DNA of 64,000 nt from Dehalococcoidia bacterium (GCA_965207225.1 CBDBLV010000004.1:96001-160000), one strand, 5' to 3'. Positions 18,813 through 29,572 are shown, numbered from the stretch's first letter. The notes: generated by a model not told the origin, from the letters alone. A program made the numbers and translations.

Positions 18813-20096
18813 GTGAACATCCTGGTCGTTGGAAACGGGGGTCGGGAGCACGCGCTGGCCTGGAAGCTGGCCCAGAGTCCACGTACCAACAAGCTGTTCG
18901 TCGCGCCCGGGAACGGGGGCACGAGGCAGATCGCTGTGAACCTGGATATTTCGGCGACTGATATTGATAGGCTCTTGACGGCTGTGGAAAAGCATAGGGT
19001 TGACTTGACGGTGGTCGGGCCGGAGGCGCCGCTGGCCGAGGGCCTGGTAGACCGGTTCGAGGGGCTGGGGCTGCGGGTTTTCGGGCCGACCAAGGCCGCG
19101 GCCCGGCTGGAATCGTCCAAGATATTCGCGAGGGAAGTGATGAGCCGGGCGGGGGTGCCGTGTGCAAACGGCAGGGATTTCTCATCGGCGGAGGAGGCGC
19201 ACGGCTATTTGGACGAGGTCGGGGCTCCGGTGGTGGTGAAGGCCGATGGATTGGCGGCGGGAAAGGGTGTGACGGTGGCATCGACGTTGGAGGAAGCGCA
19301 CCAGGCAGTCGAGGAAGCGATGGTGGGTCGGGTGTTCGGGGAGGCGGGGGAGAGGGTGATCATCGAGGAGTGCCTGGAGGGTCGAGAGGTCAGCCTGTTC
19401 GTGTTCACGGACGGGATGGCGGTGTCGGGGCCGGTGACGGCGTGCGACTACAAGAGGCAGCTAGACGGAGACAGGGGCCCCAACACAGGGGGCATGGGCT
19501 GCTACAGCCCGGCGGAGTTCCTGACCGAGACGCAAGAGCGGGAGCTTCGGGACACGATCACCTTACCGATAATCCAGACCATGTCGAAGATGGGATGTCC
19601 TTACAAAGGCGTCCTGTACACGGGCCTGATGATGACGGAGGAAGGGCCGAGGGTGCTGGAGTTCAACGTCAGGCTGGGGGACCCGGAGGCGCAGGTTGTG
19701 CTGCCGAGGCTGGAATCGGACCTGGTGGAAATCATCGATGCGGTGGTGAGCGATCGGCTGTCGGAAGTCGAGGTGAAATGGAGCCCTGAGTCCATGATGT
19801 GCGTGGTGCTGGCGTCGGGGGGGTATCCGGGGAAGTATGAGACGGGGCAGACGATTTCAGGGTTGGATTCTTTGGAGCCCGAAGCCCTAGTTTTCCATGC
19901 AGGAACATTTTATGATTTTGAGTCGGAGAAGTTAGTGACCTCCGGCGGCCGCGTGCTGAGCGTGGGCGGTGGGGAGCGGAGTTTAGAAGAGGCTCGGGAG
20001 CGGGTCTATGAGAACGTGGGAAAGGTCGGGTTTGAGGGGGCGCAATATCGTAAGGACATTGGCCTCGCGGGAGAGGCCGTAACAACAGGAGATTAG
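18813..20096 (+). CDS. purD: Phosphoribosylamine-glycine ligase
   Basis: [25 protein letters not shown] and GPNTGGMG. Confidence 0.98.
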   Translation: MNILVVGNGGREHALAWKLAQSPRTNKLFVAPGNGGTRQIAVNLDISATDIDRLLTAVEKHRVDLTVVGPEAPLAEGLVDRFEGLGLRVFGPTKAAARLESSKIFAREVMSRAGVPCANGRDFSSAEEAHGYLDEVGAPVVVKADGLAAGKGVTVASTLEEAHQAVEEAMVGRVFGEAGERVIIEECLEGREVSLFVFTDGMAVSGPVTACDYKRQLDGDRGPNTGGMGCYSPAEFLTETQERELRDTITLPIIQTMSKMGCPYKGVLYTGLMMTEEGPRVLEFNVRLGDPEAQVVLPRLESDLVEIIDAVVSDRLSEVEVKWSPESMMCVVLASGGYPGKYETGQTISGLDSLEPEALVFHAGTFYDFESEKLVTSGGRVLSVGGGERSLEEARERVYENVGKVGFEGAQYRKDIGLAGEAVTTGD

Positions 20097-20097
20097 G

Positions 20098-20562
20098 ATG
20101 CCTTTAGTCGGAATAATTATGGGTAGCCCATCGGACGAACCCTACGCCAAAGAAACTACGGATATCCTGGACAAGCTGGGGATATCCCATGAGGTGAATT
20201 TCCTATCGGCGCACAGGACACCGGAGAAGGCCCGGGAGTACGGGATAACGGCCCGGGAGAGAGGCCTGGAGGTGCTGATAGCCGGGGCAGGAATGGCTGC
20301 CCATTTGCCGGGCGTTATGGCAAGTTGGACAACCCTGCCAGTGATCGGCGTGCCGCTGCCGGGAAGCGACCTTGACGGGCTCGACTCCCTCCTAGCAATA
20401 GTGCAGATGCCGGCGGGAATCCCGGTGGCAACGGTGGCCATAGGGAAGGCCGGGGCCAGGAATGCAGCGTTCTTCGCTGCGCAGATCCTTGCGCTCAAGC
20501 ATCCGGAGATTGCAGAGGCGCACGAAGCACACCGGGCGCGCCTGAACTCGGGCCAGCGTTAA
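20098..20562 (+). CDS. purE: N5-CAIR mutase
   Basis: MGSPSD, SAHRTP, AAHLPG and [11 protein letters not shown]. Confidence 0.97.
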   Translation: MPLVGIIMGSPSDEPYAKETTDILDKLGISHEVNFLSAHRTPEKAREYGITARERGLEVLIAGAGMAAHLPGVMASWTTLPVIGVPLPGSDLDGLDSLLAIVQMPAGIPVATVAIGKAGARNAAFFAAQILALKHPEIAEAHEAHRARLNSGQR

Positions 20563-21878
20563 TGATCCCTCGGTACTCAAGGCCGGCAATGGCCCGGGTG
20601 TGGGCTGATGATGCCCGTTATGACAAGTGGCTGCAGATAGAAGTCGCCGTCTGCGAGGCTTGGGCTGAAGAGGGAGTTATACCCGCCGAAGAGATGGAGC
20701 TGATCCGCGGCGCCTCCTACGACCTCTCGATATTCGACGAGGCGATGAAGGAGACGAAGCACGACATGACGGCGTTCCTGAGGGCCATGTACCCGAGCGT
20801 CGGGGCGGGGGCGCGATACCTGCACCTTGGCCTGACGACATCGGACGTGTGGGACACAGCGCTGAGCATGCAGATGGTGGAGGCCGTGGACCTGCTGCTG
20901 GTGGAGGTTGACCGGCTGATAGGAGCGCTGGAAACGCAGGCAAGGAAGCACAAGGACACGGTGATGATCGGACGGACGCACGGGGTGCACGCCGAGCCGA
21001 TCACCTTCGGGCTGAAGCTGGCGCTCTGGGTGGACGAGATGAGGCGGAACCGGGAGCGGATGGAGCGTGTCAGGGAGTCGGTGGGTGTGGGGAAGATCTC
21101 GGGGGCGGTGGGTACTTATGCGCTGGTGTCGCCTGAGATTGAGGCGAGGGTTTGCCGGAGGCTGGGATTGAGGCCCGCTCAGATATCGAGCCAGATTGTG
21201 CAGCGGGACATCCATGCGGAGTTTGCTATGACGCTTGCGCTGGTTGGGGCTTCGCTGGAGAAGTTCGCCACGGAGCTGCGGGGCCTGCAGCGAACGGAGA
21301 TCCTGGAGGTGGAGGAGCCGTTCGGGAAGGGGCAGACGGGGTCTTCGGCGATGCCGCACAAGCGTAACCCAATCATCGGGGAGAGGATTTGCGGGCTGGC
21401 GAGGGTCATGCGTGGCAACGTGGTGGCGGCGCTGGAGGACGTGGCGCTGTGGAACGAGCGAGACATCAGCCACTCGTCAGTTGAGCGGATCATATTGCCG
21501 GATACGTGCCTGGCGCTGGACTATTGCCTGGACTTGTTCACCGGGGTCATAGAGGGTATGGCGGTGTACAGCAACAACATGCTCAGGAACCTGGAGTCGA
21601 CGCGGGGGCTGGTGTTTTCACAGAGGGTGTTGACGAGGCTCATCGAGTCGGGGCTGGACAGGAACGAGGCATACGGGATCGTACAGAAGCACTCGCTGGC
21701 GGCCTGGACTGAAGGCAAGGACTTCAGGAAGCTGCTGGTCGAGGACCGAGAAGTAACGGAACGGCTCTCAAAAGAGGAATTGGAATCACTATTTGAATAC
21801 GGGTTCTATCTGCGCCACGTCGACGAGGTGTTCAGTCGGCTTGGCTTGAATAAGGTTGAAACAGGTGGAGAAAGATGA
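20562..21878 (+). CDS. purB: Adenylosuccinate lyase
   Basis: MIPRYSR, GRTHGVHAEP, GSSAMPHKRNP and ERDISHSS. Confidence 0.97.
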   Translation: MIPRYSRPAMARVWADDARYDKWLQIEVAVCEAWAEEGVIPAEEMELIRGASYDLSIFDEAMKETKHDMTAFLRAMYPSVGAGARYLHLGLTTSDVWDTALSMQMVEAVDLLLVEVDRLIGALETQARKHKDTVMIGRTHGVHAEPITFGLKLALWVDEMRRNRERMERVRESVGVGKISGAVGTYALVSPEIEARVCRRLGLRPAQISSQIVQRDIHAEFAMTLALVGASLEKFATELRGLQRTEILEVEEPFGKGQTGSSAMPHKRNPIIGERICGLARVMRGNVVAALEDVALWNERDISHSSVERIILPDTCLALDYCLDLFTGVIEGMAVYSNNMLRNLESTRGLVFSQRVLTRLIESGLDRNEAYGIVQKHSLAAWTEGKDFRKLLVEDREVTERLSKEELESLFEYGFYLRHVDEVFSRLGLNKVETGGER

Positions 21879-22768
21879 CGACTGCTCTTACGGACTCCGG
21901 AATGGCCAACATATTGTACCGGGGCAAGGTGCGAGACACGTACGAGGTTGAAGACAAGCTGCTTATGGTGGCAACGGACCGGATTTCGGCGTTTGACGCG
22001 GTGCTGCCGACGGGGATACCAGGCAAGGGGAAGATACTGTCACTGATGTCGGCGTTCTGGTTCGGGCTGACGGAGAAGCTGGTGCCTAACCACTACATCG
22101 CGATGGCGGGGGACTCTGAGGGTCTAGGAGAGCTGGCGGGGGCGGTGGAGGCGATGAACGTGCCGCAGGAGGTGCTGGACAGGGCGATGGTGGTGAAGAA
22201 GGCGGAACGCATCGACATCGAGTGCATAGTGAGGGGGCACATCACGGGATCGGCGTGGTCGGAGTACAAGAGGCAAGGCACGGCAGGAACGCTGCCGATG
22301 CCCGCCGGGCTGCAGGAGTCGCAGGTGTTCCCTGAGCCGCTGTTCACGCCCACCACAAAGGCGGAAGAGGGTCACGACGAGAACATGACCTACCAGCAGG
22401 TGCAGGACATGGTCGGGAACGAGATGGCGGACCTGCTCCGGGACACTAGCATTGCTGTCTACAGCTATGCCCGGGAGTTCGCGGCGGAGCGGGGGATAAT
22501 CATCGCCGACACGAAGATGGAGTTCGGGATGATCGACGGGAAGCTGCACCTGATTGACGAGCTGCTTACACCGGACTCGAGTAGGTTCTGGGATGCGGAT
22601 GATTTCGAGGTGGGGAAGTCGCAGCAGAGCTTCGACAAGCAGTACGTGAGGGACTGGCTGGTGGAGTCGGGGTGGGACCGAGAGCCGCCCGCGCCACCCC
22701 TCCCCGACGAGATAGTTAACCGAACCGCCGAGCGTTATGAGCAGGCTTATCGTCGGTTGACAGGCTGA
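21875..22768 (+). CDS. purC: SAICAR synthase
   Basis: GKVRD, DRISAFD, ADTKMEFG, DELLTPDSSRFW and DKQYVRD. Confidence 0.97.
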   Translation: MTTALTDSGMANILYRGKVRDTYEVEDKLLMVATDRISAFDAVLPTGIPGKGKILSLMSAFWFGLTEKLVPNHYIAMAGDSEGLGELAGAVEAMNVPQEVLDRAMVVKKAERIDIECIVRGHITGSAWSEYKRQGTAGTLPMPAGLQESQVFPEPLFTPTTKAEEGHDENMTYQQVQDMVGNEMADLLRDTSIAVYSYAREFAAERGIIIADTKMEFGMIDGKLHLIDELLTPDSSRFWDADDFEVGKSQQSFDKQYVRDWLVESGWDREPPAPPLPDEIVNRTAERYEQAYRRLTG

Positions 22769-22819
22769 AAGCCGAAATGGGATACTGGATTGTGAACTCA
22801 GGTACGAATAGAGGCTAAA

Positions 22820-23452
22820 TTGGCAAGACGCAGAGGGCCCGTGGGCCCGCCTTCCGGCAAGTCCTTCTGGCAGAAATACCAGTGGTTTATCATCGCTGGC
22901 GTGGCGCTGTTCTTCGTGATCACGGTGATTGCGCCCGCATTGACCAACACCCCCGAAGAGGAAATGACGACGGACGAAACACCTGTTGATCCGGGCGCCG
23001 TTACCTCCGTTCCCGGGGAGTTCTATTTCAGGGCCACCAGCGCTGAGCATATAGAGTGGGGTGCGCGGGGTTCCGGGTACGCGTCGGACCCGCCGACGTC
23101 GGGGCAGCACTACTCGGTGCCCGGGCAGGCGCCGACGAACTGGGGGGCCTACTCCAGCCCGGTACAGGATGAAATACTGATTCACAACATGGAGCATGGC
23201 GGGATAATCGCCTACTACCTGCCGTCGGCGCCGCCGGCGGACGTGGAACAGCTGCGGCAGTTCATCACGAACCAGCCGGGATATCCGCGAGGGTTTGTAA
23301 TGGCGCCCCGCTCCCGACTTCCCGCCAACATTACCCTGGCCGCGTGGGAGTATTACCTGCCGGTTTTCCAGTACAACGAGGCCACCATGCAGGCGTTCAT
23401 CGACGCGCACTACGACCGGGGCCCGGAAACCCTGGACGGGACCTTGAGATAG
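22820..23452 (+). CDS. DUF3105-like membrane-anchored protein
   Basis: N-terminal TM helix, PPTSGQHY, HNMEHG, LAAW and GPE. Confidence 0.8.
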   Translation: MARRRGPVGPPSGKSFWQKYQWFIIAGVALFFVITVIAPALTNTPEEEMTTDETPVDPGAVTSVPGEFYFRATSAEHIEWGARGSGYASDPPTSGQHYSVPGQAPTNWGAYSSPVQDEILIHNMEHGGIIAYYLPSAPPADVEQLRQFITNQPGYPRGFVMAPRSRLPANITLAAWEYYLPVFQYNEATMQAFIDAHYDRGPETLDGTLR

Positions 23453-23470
23453 GGTCCCGAACGCGCCCGG

Positions 23471-23719
23471 ATGTACCTTGCAAAGGTCCGCGTAACTCTT
23501 AAGCCGACCGTGAACGACCCCCAGGGCCTTACGATCCTGGGGGCTCTTCATTCCCTGGGATTTTCATCGGCGCGTGAAGTCAGGGCGGGGAAGTATTTGG
23601 AGGTGCGGGTGGATGAGGGGAGTCGGTGGGAAGCCGAAGCGAAGGTGGAGCAGATGTGTGAGAAGCTGCTGGCGAACCCCGTGATTGAGAGCTATTCGTT
23701 CGAGGTGGAGGAAGGGTAG
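23471..23719 (+). CDS. purS: FGAM synthase subunit PurS
   Basis: LKPTVNDPQG, VRAGK and MCEKLLANPVIE. Confidence 0.95.
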   Translation: MYLAKVRVTLKPTVNDPQGLTILGALHSLGFSSAREVRAGKYLEVRVDEGSRWEAEAKVEQMCEKLLANPVIESYSFEVEEG

Positions 23720-23781
23720 GGAGCGGCTCCGGGCGATCTTGGTCGCCTGAGGCTTAGGGGACGTTTGGCGGTTGTGGGCCA

Positions 23782-24019
23782 CCCCCACGCTCACACTTCG
23801 AGTGCCTCAGCATGTGCGGCCCCACCCAGGGGATGGGGCAGGAGACACGTTGACGGGCATGAATATGTTGACCGAGGGAGTGATGCTTGAGATCCCTCGC
23901 GGGGCCTCGGGATGACAGGGCAATAGGTGGGTGGTGGGAGGTAGAACGCGTCGGGTTGTTTGTACCTGGGCCACTCCCCTCCGCTCGACCCTTCGACCCT
24001 GCTCAGGGTGAGCGGCCCC
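23782..24019 (+). repeat. Cluster of REP-like palindromes
   Basis: CGCTC-type copies at 23782-23823 and 23981-24019, and GAGATCCCTCGC..GGGATGAC at 23889-23917, between convergent purS and hisB. Confidence 0.8.
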
Positions 24020-24067
24020 ACACCGGGGAGGGAGGTTTGCAGATTCTGCCCCAAGAAGAACTGGGAC

Positions 24068-24667
24068 CTAGGTCTCGATGACGCCCTTGGTGCTGGGGAC
24101 CTGGGAGGCGGTGCGGGTGTCGATGCGGGAGGCGGCATCCATCGATTTGGCGAGGGCCTTGAATAACGACTCTATTTTGTGGTGGTCGTTGAGTCCGGCG
24201 ATGAACTTGGCGTGGATATTGAACCGTCCCTCGATGGCGAAGGTCTCGAGGAAGTGCCGGGCCATGTCTGCGGTGAGGCCACCCACGACGGGCTGGGTGA
24301 AGGAAACGTCGACCTCCGCGTAGCCCCGACCCCCGAGATCCAAAGCGACCAGGGACAGGGCCTCGTCCAATGGGACGAGGGCGTGGGACATCCTGACTAT
24401 GCCCTTGCGGTCGCCGAGGGCCTGACCGAAGGCCTGCCCCAGGAGGATGGCTACGTCCTCCACGACGTGGTGGCCGTCGGGGTCCGAGGTGCTTTTGGCA
24501 CGGACGTTGAGGTCGAAGGCGCCGTGTCGGGCGAGCTGGGAAAGCATGTGGTCGAGCATCGGGACACCAGTCTCAACACTGTACTGGCCGGTGCCGTCTA
24601 TCTTCACCTCGATGGAGATGTCGGTCTCTCCGGTCTTGCGTTCGAGGAGGGCGTGCCTGTCAGCCAT
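24068..24667 (-). CDS. hisB: Imidazoleglycerol-phosphate dehydratase (monofunctional)
   Basis: RKTGETDI, DHML, HHVVED, PLDEAL, NDHHKIE and PSTKG. Confidence 0.97.
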   Translation of the reverse strand: MADRHALLERKTGETDISIEVKIDGTGQYSVETGVPMLDHMLSQLARHGAFDLNVRAKSTSDPDGHHVVEDVAILLGQAFGQALGDRKGIVRMSHALVPLDEALSLVALDLGGRGYAEVDVSFTQPVVGGLTADMARHFLETFAIEGRFNIHAKFIAGLNDHHKIESLFKALAKSMDAASRIDTRTASQVPSTKGVIET

Positions 24668-25784
24668 TGATCTCCGGGCCTATCTCCGTGAGGGCATCGG
24701 CGAGGCGGTCGGTCTCTTCCGGCCTCCCGACGCTGATGCGGAAGCAGTTCTTCAGGTTTGGCCTATCATAATACCGGACGAAGATCTTGCGCTGCTTTAG
24801 GAGCCGGTAAATCTGCTCTCCGTCTCCACGGGTCACGTTGCAGAGGATGTAGTTGCCCTCCGAGGAGACGGGTGAGAGGTAGTCCAGGTCCTGCAGGATG
24901 TCAAAGAGTCGGGCTCTTTCGCTCACCAGGGCCCTTACGTTGTCCATAAGGTAGTCCAGGTCTCCCAGGGACTCCAGAGCGGCGATTTGGGCGAAAACGC
25001 TGACGTTGTAGGGCTGCTTGATCTGGTTGAGGTAGGCGTAGACCTCGGGGGAGACGATGGCGTAGCCGATGCGGACTCCGGCGAGGCCCGCCCACTTGCT
25101 AAATGTGCGCACGACCATGAGAGTTTCGTAGTCGTTGACGAGGTCGGCGACAGTGTGGCCCGCGAACTCGTAATAAGCCTCGTCGATTACGACATAGAGG
25201 CCCATCTCCAGCAGCTCGACGACCTGCTCCCGGGGGATGCTGTTGCCGGTAGGGTTGTTGGGGGAGGCCAGAAAGATGAGCTTGGTGCGCTCGTCAACGG
25301 CGGCACGGATGGCATTGAGGTCTATGGCGTAGTCAGGGGTGCGATCAAGCTCGACCAACTGTCCACCAGCGACATCGGTGAGGAACTTGTACATGCCGAA
25401 AGTGGGTACGCAGCTCAAGACCTTGTCGCCGGGTTCCAGAAGGAGGCGGACGATCATGTCGAGGACTTCGTCGGAGCCGTTGCCAACGATAATGTTCTCG
25501 GGGGCGAGGCCCGCGTACTCGGCGAGGGCGGAGCGGAGGGTGCGCTGCTCAGCGTCGGGGTAGGCGTGGAGAGCCTCACTTTCGGCGATGGCCTTGAGGA
25601 CTCGGGGGGAGGGGCCGTAGGGGTTTTCGTTGGCGTCGAGCTTGACCGGCGGCAACTGCTGCGACGACTCCTCGGGCTCGGCGACGAGGCGTTCTACGGG
25701 GACGACAGGGGTGTAACCCGTAAGGTGCCGGAGGTCGGGGCGCATGAGGTCTCGGATTGACGGTCGAGATTTTTCGCTGGTCAT
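24660..25784 (-). CDS. hisC: Histidinol-phosphate aminotransferase
   Basis: KLDANENP, GNGSDE, SPNNPTG, DEAYYEF and RTFSKWAGLAGVRIG. Confidence 0.96.
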   Translation of the reverse strand: MTSEKSRPSIRDLMRPDLRHLTGYTPVVPVERLVAEPEESSQQLPPVKLDANENPYGPSPRVLKAIAESEALHAYPDAEQRTLRSALAEYAGLAPENIIVGNGSDEVLDMIVRLLLEPGDKVLSCVPTFGMYKFLTDVAGGQLVELDRTPDYAIDLNAIRAAVDERTKLIFLASPNNPTGNSIPREQVVELLEMGLYVVIDEAYYEFAGHTVADLVNDYETLMVVRTFSKWAGLAGVRIGYAIVSPEVYAYLNQIKQPYNVSVFAQIAALESLGDLDYLMDNVRALVSERARLFDILQDLDYLSPVSSEGNYILCNVTRGDGEQIYRLLKQRKIFVRYYDRPNLKNCFRISVGRPEETDRLADALTEIGPEING

Positions 25785-25786
25785 CT

Positions 25787-27133
25787 TCAGTCCCTGGTGT
25801 TGCTGAGGGAAGGCTGGGGTGTACGGACCTCCAGGGAGCGGGCGTGGGAGTCGAAGCCCTCCTGCCTTGCGATCCGGATTCCATGGGGCAAGAGGGGGGT
25901 CGATTCCTCCTCCGAGAGGGAGATGATGGAGGTCGATTTGAGGAAATCGTTGACGCCGAGCGCGGAGCTAAAGCGGGCTGCGCCGGCGGTGGGGAGGGCG
26001 TGGCTCGGGCCTGCGACGTAATCCCCGAGGACGTGGGGAGAGTGGTCTCCCAGGAAAAGGGCCCCGGAGTTCCTCACCAGATCCACGTAGCTTTCGGAAT
26101 CTTGAACCATGAGGCAGAGGTGCTCCGGGGCATATAGGTTGGACAGTTCAATGGCCTGCTCTATGGAGTCGGTCACGATGATTGCGCCGTTGGCGTCCAT
26201 GGACCTGGTGAGGATATCAAGTCGCTCGGAGCGGCTTCGGAGGTCGGAGAGTTCGGATTCTACGCTTTGGGCTAGAGATGGAGAGTTGGTGATGAGGATG
26301 GAGACGGAGTCGGGGTCGTGTTCGGCCTGCGCGAGGATGTCGGCGGCGCACCAGGCCGGTGAAACGTGTTCGTCGGCGATGGTGACGGCCTCAGTCGGGC
26401 CCTGGATGGTGTCGATGCCGACCGTTCCAAAGACCATGCGCTTGGCGGTCTGCACGAAAACGTTGCCGGGGCCGAATATCTTGTCGACGGCGGGGACGGA
26501 TTCGGTGCCGTAGGCGAGGGCGGCGATTGCCTGTGCTCCCCCGACGGCAAACACCCTATCCACACGAGCGATAGCGGCAGCAGCGAGGACTACGGGAGCG
26601 ATTGAGCCGTCCGGGCGGGGGGGTGTGACCAGGATCACTTCCCGGACGCCGGCAACTCGGGCGGGGATGGCTGTCATGAGGACGGTGGATGGGTAGACAG
26701 CGGTGCCGCCGGGAACGTAGAGGCCAGCCCTCTCGATGGACGTGACCCGCTGCCCAAGTCCCTTGCTCCTGAAATCACGGATGGCGTGGCGTGCTAGCTC
26801 GGTCTGGTAGGCCTCAATGCGTTGGGCGGCGAACCTGAGGGAATCGGCGACGTGGACCGGGATTTCATCCAGGGCTTCGTTCAACTGGGACTGGGGAACT
26901 TCAAAGCGGTCGGGGGAGAGATCGTGGATACGGAAAACATAGTCAAACAGGGCAGAGTCGCCCTTGGTGCGGACGTCGTCGAGGATGCGAGATACGGCGT
27001 CGGACAGGGAGAGAGGCTCGCCGAATACGCGCTCAATGCCGGCGGCGACCCCGGGGTTAATGGAGTCGTCGGGGGCGGCGTGAAGGCGGTGGAGGAAAGC
27101 GCGGGCCTCGTTGAGGTCGGTAATAACCCTCAC
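25787..27133 (-). CDS. hisD: Histidinol dehydrogenase
   Basis: YVPGG, GPGN, GPTE, QAEHD, APEHL and GDYVAGPSHALPT. Confidence 0.97.
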   Translation of the reverse strand: MRVITDLNEARAFLHRLHAAPDDSINPGVAAGIERVFGEPLSLSDAVSRILDDVRTKGDSALFDYVFRIHDLSPDRFEVPQSQLNEALDEIPVHVADSLRFAAQRIEAYQTELARHAIRDFRSKGLGQRVTSIERAGLYVPGGTAVYPSTVLMTAIPARVAGVREVILVTPPRPDGSIAPVVLAAAAIARVDRVFAVGGAQAIAALAYGTESVPAVDKIFGPGNVFVQTAKRMVFGTVGIDTIQGPTEAVTIADEHVSPAWCAADILAQAEHDPDSVSILITNSPSLAQSVESELSDLRSRSERLDILTRSMDANGAIIVTDSIEQAIELSNLYAPEHLCLMVQDSESYVDLVRNSGALFLGDHSPHVLGDYVAGPSHALPTAGAARFSSALGVNDFLKSTSIISLSEEESTPLLPHGIRIARQEGFDSHARSLEVRTPQPSLSNTRD

Positions 27134-27876
27134 GATAGATACTCCCCGGCAATGACGACGAACTGGTCGATAGCCTTGGCCCGATAGGCGGCAATGACAT
27201 GGTCGGGGGCCTGAGCCCTGGCTTTCTCGAGGAGGTCGGGGCCCCGGGCGATGACGGAATTCATGGTGTTTTCGTCGTCTTTAAGGTGTTGGGGGAGGGC
27301 CTTCCTGACGAATCGCCTGAGGTGGTCCCAGCCGAGGTCCATGGAGGTGCGCTCGGTCATGACCTCCTTCCAGCGGCCCAAGAGTTCGGGGTCTATGAAG
27401 GATACGTTGACACCGACATCGGAGCTTTTGAGGGCATCGAGAACGGCGTCCAAGTCCCGGATGCCGTTGCGTTCCCGCTTGTCCATGTCGAACTGGAGGA
27501 CACGGTCGAGGACGTTGGTTATGGGGTCGGAGGGGGCCTTTTTGCCGAAGCAGGGGCGATAGACCTGGGCTATCCAGTATTCGTCGGTGACGAGGTGGCA
27601 CATATAGCCGAGGACGAAGGCGCGGGTCTCGTGGCCGAGGCCTGCGGCGTCGGCTAGCTCGGGGTAGGTCTCGAAGAGGCCCTGGATGCCCCTGCCAGGC
27701 TCGTCCTTTGCGAGGTCAAAGAAGTGGGTGCTGTAGCGGTCCCACCCGGCGAGGTTCCGGACGTCGGGGGCGGTGGAGCCGAGGAGGTAGCTGCCGGAGT
27801 AGTCGGACAGGAGGGGGTGGCCCAGGGCTCGGGCGGCGTCATCGGCAAAGGAGATGTGAAGCGAGGTGTTGGGCAT
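27130..27876 (-). CDS. Zinc-dependent phospholipase C-family (S1/P1-fold) hydrolase
   Basis: MPxxxxH N-terminus, LGSTAPD, THFF and GYMCHLVTD. Start reset to ATG 27876, 7 bp after hisG. Confidence 0.75.
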   Translation of the reverse strand: MPNTSLHISFADDAARALGHPLLSDYSGSYLLGSTAPDVRNLAGWDRYSTHFFDLAKDEPGRGIQGLFETYPELADAAGLGHETRAFVLGYMCHLVTDEYWIAQVYRPCFGKKAPSDPITNVLDRVLQFDMDKRERNGIRDLDAVLDALKSSDVGVNVSFIDPELLGRWKEVMTERTSMDLGWDHLRRFVRKALPQHLKDDENTMNSVIARGPDLLEKARAQAPDHVIAAYRAKAIDQFVVIAGEYLS

Positions 27877-27883
27877 CCGACCG

Positions 27884-28903
27884 CTATACGGAAGTCTCAA
27901 CGGAGGCCCGGCCGAGCTGTTCGAGCAGGTTGTCGTATGCCGAGCACTTTGCCTCGAATACGTAGGTGGTCGGGAACAGGATGATGCCGTTGCCGCCGAT
28001 TGCACGAAGGTGGTCAAGGGCGGTGATGACCTTATCCCGGCCAACCACCATGGTAACGGCGTACCAACCAGTCTGGCCCTCCTTGCTGAATACCTGGGAG
28101 ACGGTCGGGCCTTCGATGCCGGCGATCTCGGGGTGGTCCTGGATGTGGCCGGCGATCTGCTCGGGGGAGTCTCCACGGATGTTGGCGATAATGCTGTAGT
28201 ATTCGGAGGCCCGGAGATGTCCTTCAATAAGTTCCAGCATTATCCGGACGCCAGCGAGGGCTTCTTCATCATTGCTGAGAAGGTCTCGGTTGGCAAACAA
28301 GCAGGCCTGAGATTTTACGACCGTCCCGCCGGAGATGGTCTTGAGCTGGTTCTCCCGCAGGGTGTTGCCGCTGGACGTGATGTCTACGATGAAGTCGGCG
28401 TAACCCATGGCGGGAGCGGCTTCCAGGGTGCCGCCCGCTTCGATGATAGAGAACTTGGAGACACCCCGTTCTTGCAGGTATTTTCCGGTGAGTCGGGGGT
28501 ACTTAGTGGCGACACGGAGGGGTTTGCCCTGGGTGACGTACTTCCCCGAAAGGTCCACGAGGTCATCTGCATTGGAAATATCTTCCCAGGACTCGGGGAC
28601 GGCGATCACGAGATCGGCCCCGCGAAAGCCCAGGCTTTCAACGAGGAGCATGCCAGCGCCATCATCGGGGTGGGCTTCAAGGTACTGGTCCAGGCCTGCA
28701 ATGCCTATCTCGGCGGCGCCGGCTTCTACCTGGCGCGGGATATCGGCGGCGCGCTGGAAAAGGACTACGGCGTCCGGGACGGCGGGCATGCGGCCCGTGT
28801 AGCGTCGGGAGGTGACCCTCTGAACAGCGAGGCCACAGGAATCAAGGAAATCAAGGGTCGGGTCCTGCCAGTCGGCGTTGCTGGGGAGGGCTATGCGGAG
28901 CAT
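27884..28903 (-). CDS. hisG: ATP phosphoribosyltransferase (long form)
   Basis: LRIALPS, RAADIP, VATKYP, GTLEAAP and DITSSGNTLREN, plus the C-terminal regulatory domain (GPTVS). Confidence 0.95.
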   Translation of the reverse strand: MLRIALPSNADWQDPTLDFLDSCGLAVQRVTSRRYTGRMPAVPDAVVLFQRAADIPRQVEAGAAEIGIAGLDQYLEAHPDDGAGMLLVESLGFRGADLVIAVPESWEDISNADDLVDLSGKYVTQGKPLRVATKYPRLTGKYLQERGVSKFSIIEAGGTLEAAPAMGYADFIVDITSSGNTLRENQLKTISGGTVVKSQACLFANRDLLSNDEEALAGVRIMLELIEGHLRASEYYSIIANIRGDSPEQIAGHIQDHPEIAGIEGPTVSQVFSKEGQTGWYAVTMVVGRDKVITALDHLRAIGGNGIILFPTTYVFEAKCSAYDNLLEQLGRASVETSV

Positions 28904-28977
28904 GGTCTCTGGGGAGGGTTGTAGAGCGGTCTATTCATAAGTTCAAGCGGGTAAATTCTAACCTAGGTGGGAAGGGG

Positions 28978-29394
28978 TCAGCGGGCGCAGAGGAATTCGA
29001 ATTCCACGAAGAAGCCGGGTCGGGCGAGGGCGGCGATTCTTCTCAGCTGGCCTGCGGCAGGTTTAACTTCTACGTCCTTGAAGCAGTCAGCCCATATCTG
29101 GAAGATGGCGGGGTGATGCTCTGCCATGTCGACTTCCATGGTGTAGGTGGCTTCGACGCGGATTACGTCATCAAGGGACCAGCCTTCGTCGTTTAGCATG
29201 CCGACCAGTGAGTCGAAGACGGCCCGGGTCTGGGCTACGGGGTCGCCGGGGTGGCGGACGTTGCCTTCGGGGTCGGCGTCTATCTGGCCGGTAAGGAAAA
29301 GAAGCTCGCTAAAGTTGGAGACTTTAAGCCCCCAATTGAATACGTGGCTACGGTCGGGGGCGTTTGGCTGGAGCAGGGCTTTCTTGGTGGCCAT
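28978..29394 (-). CDS. RidA/YjgF/UK114 family protein
   Basis: LFLTGQI, AQTRAVF and LARPGFFVEFE. Confidence 0.85.
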   Translation of the reverse strand: MATKKALLQPNAPDRSHVFNWGLKVSNFSELLFLTGQIDADPEGNVRHPGDPVAQTRAVFDSLVGMLNDEGWSLDDVIRVEATYTMEVDMAEHHPAIFQIWADCFKDVEVKPAAGQLRRIAALARPGFFVEFEFLCAR

Positions 29395-29572
29395 GGTTGT
29401 GGCTCCTTTGTTGGTTTGTTGTGCTTAGGGACTATGCGGGCGGAGAGTCGGGCGACCAGCCGGTCGCCTCTGCGGGGGAATAGAAGGGCAGTGGGACAAT
29501 TTGGAAGTTGCTGTAGTTAGTGGCGCATTGGAAGTCCTCGGGGCCTTGGAATGAGCATTGAAGGGCAGAGGT

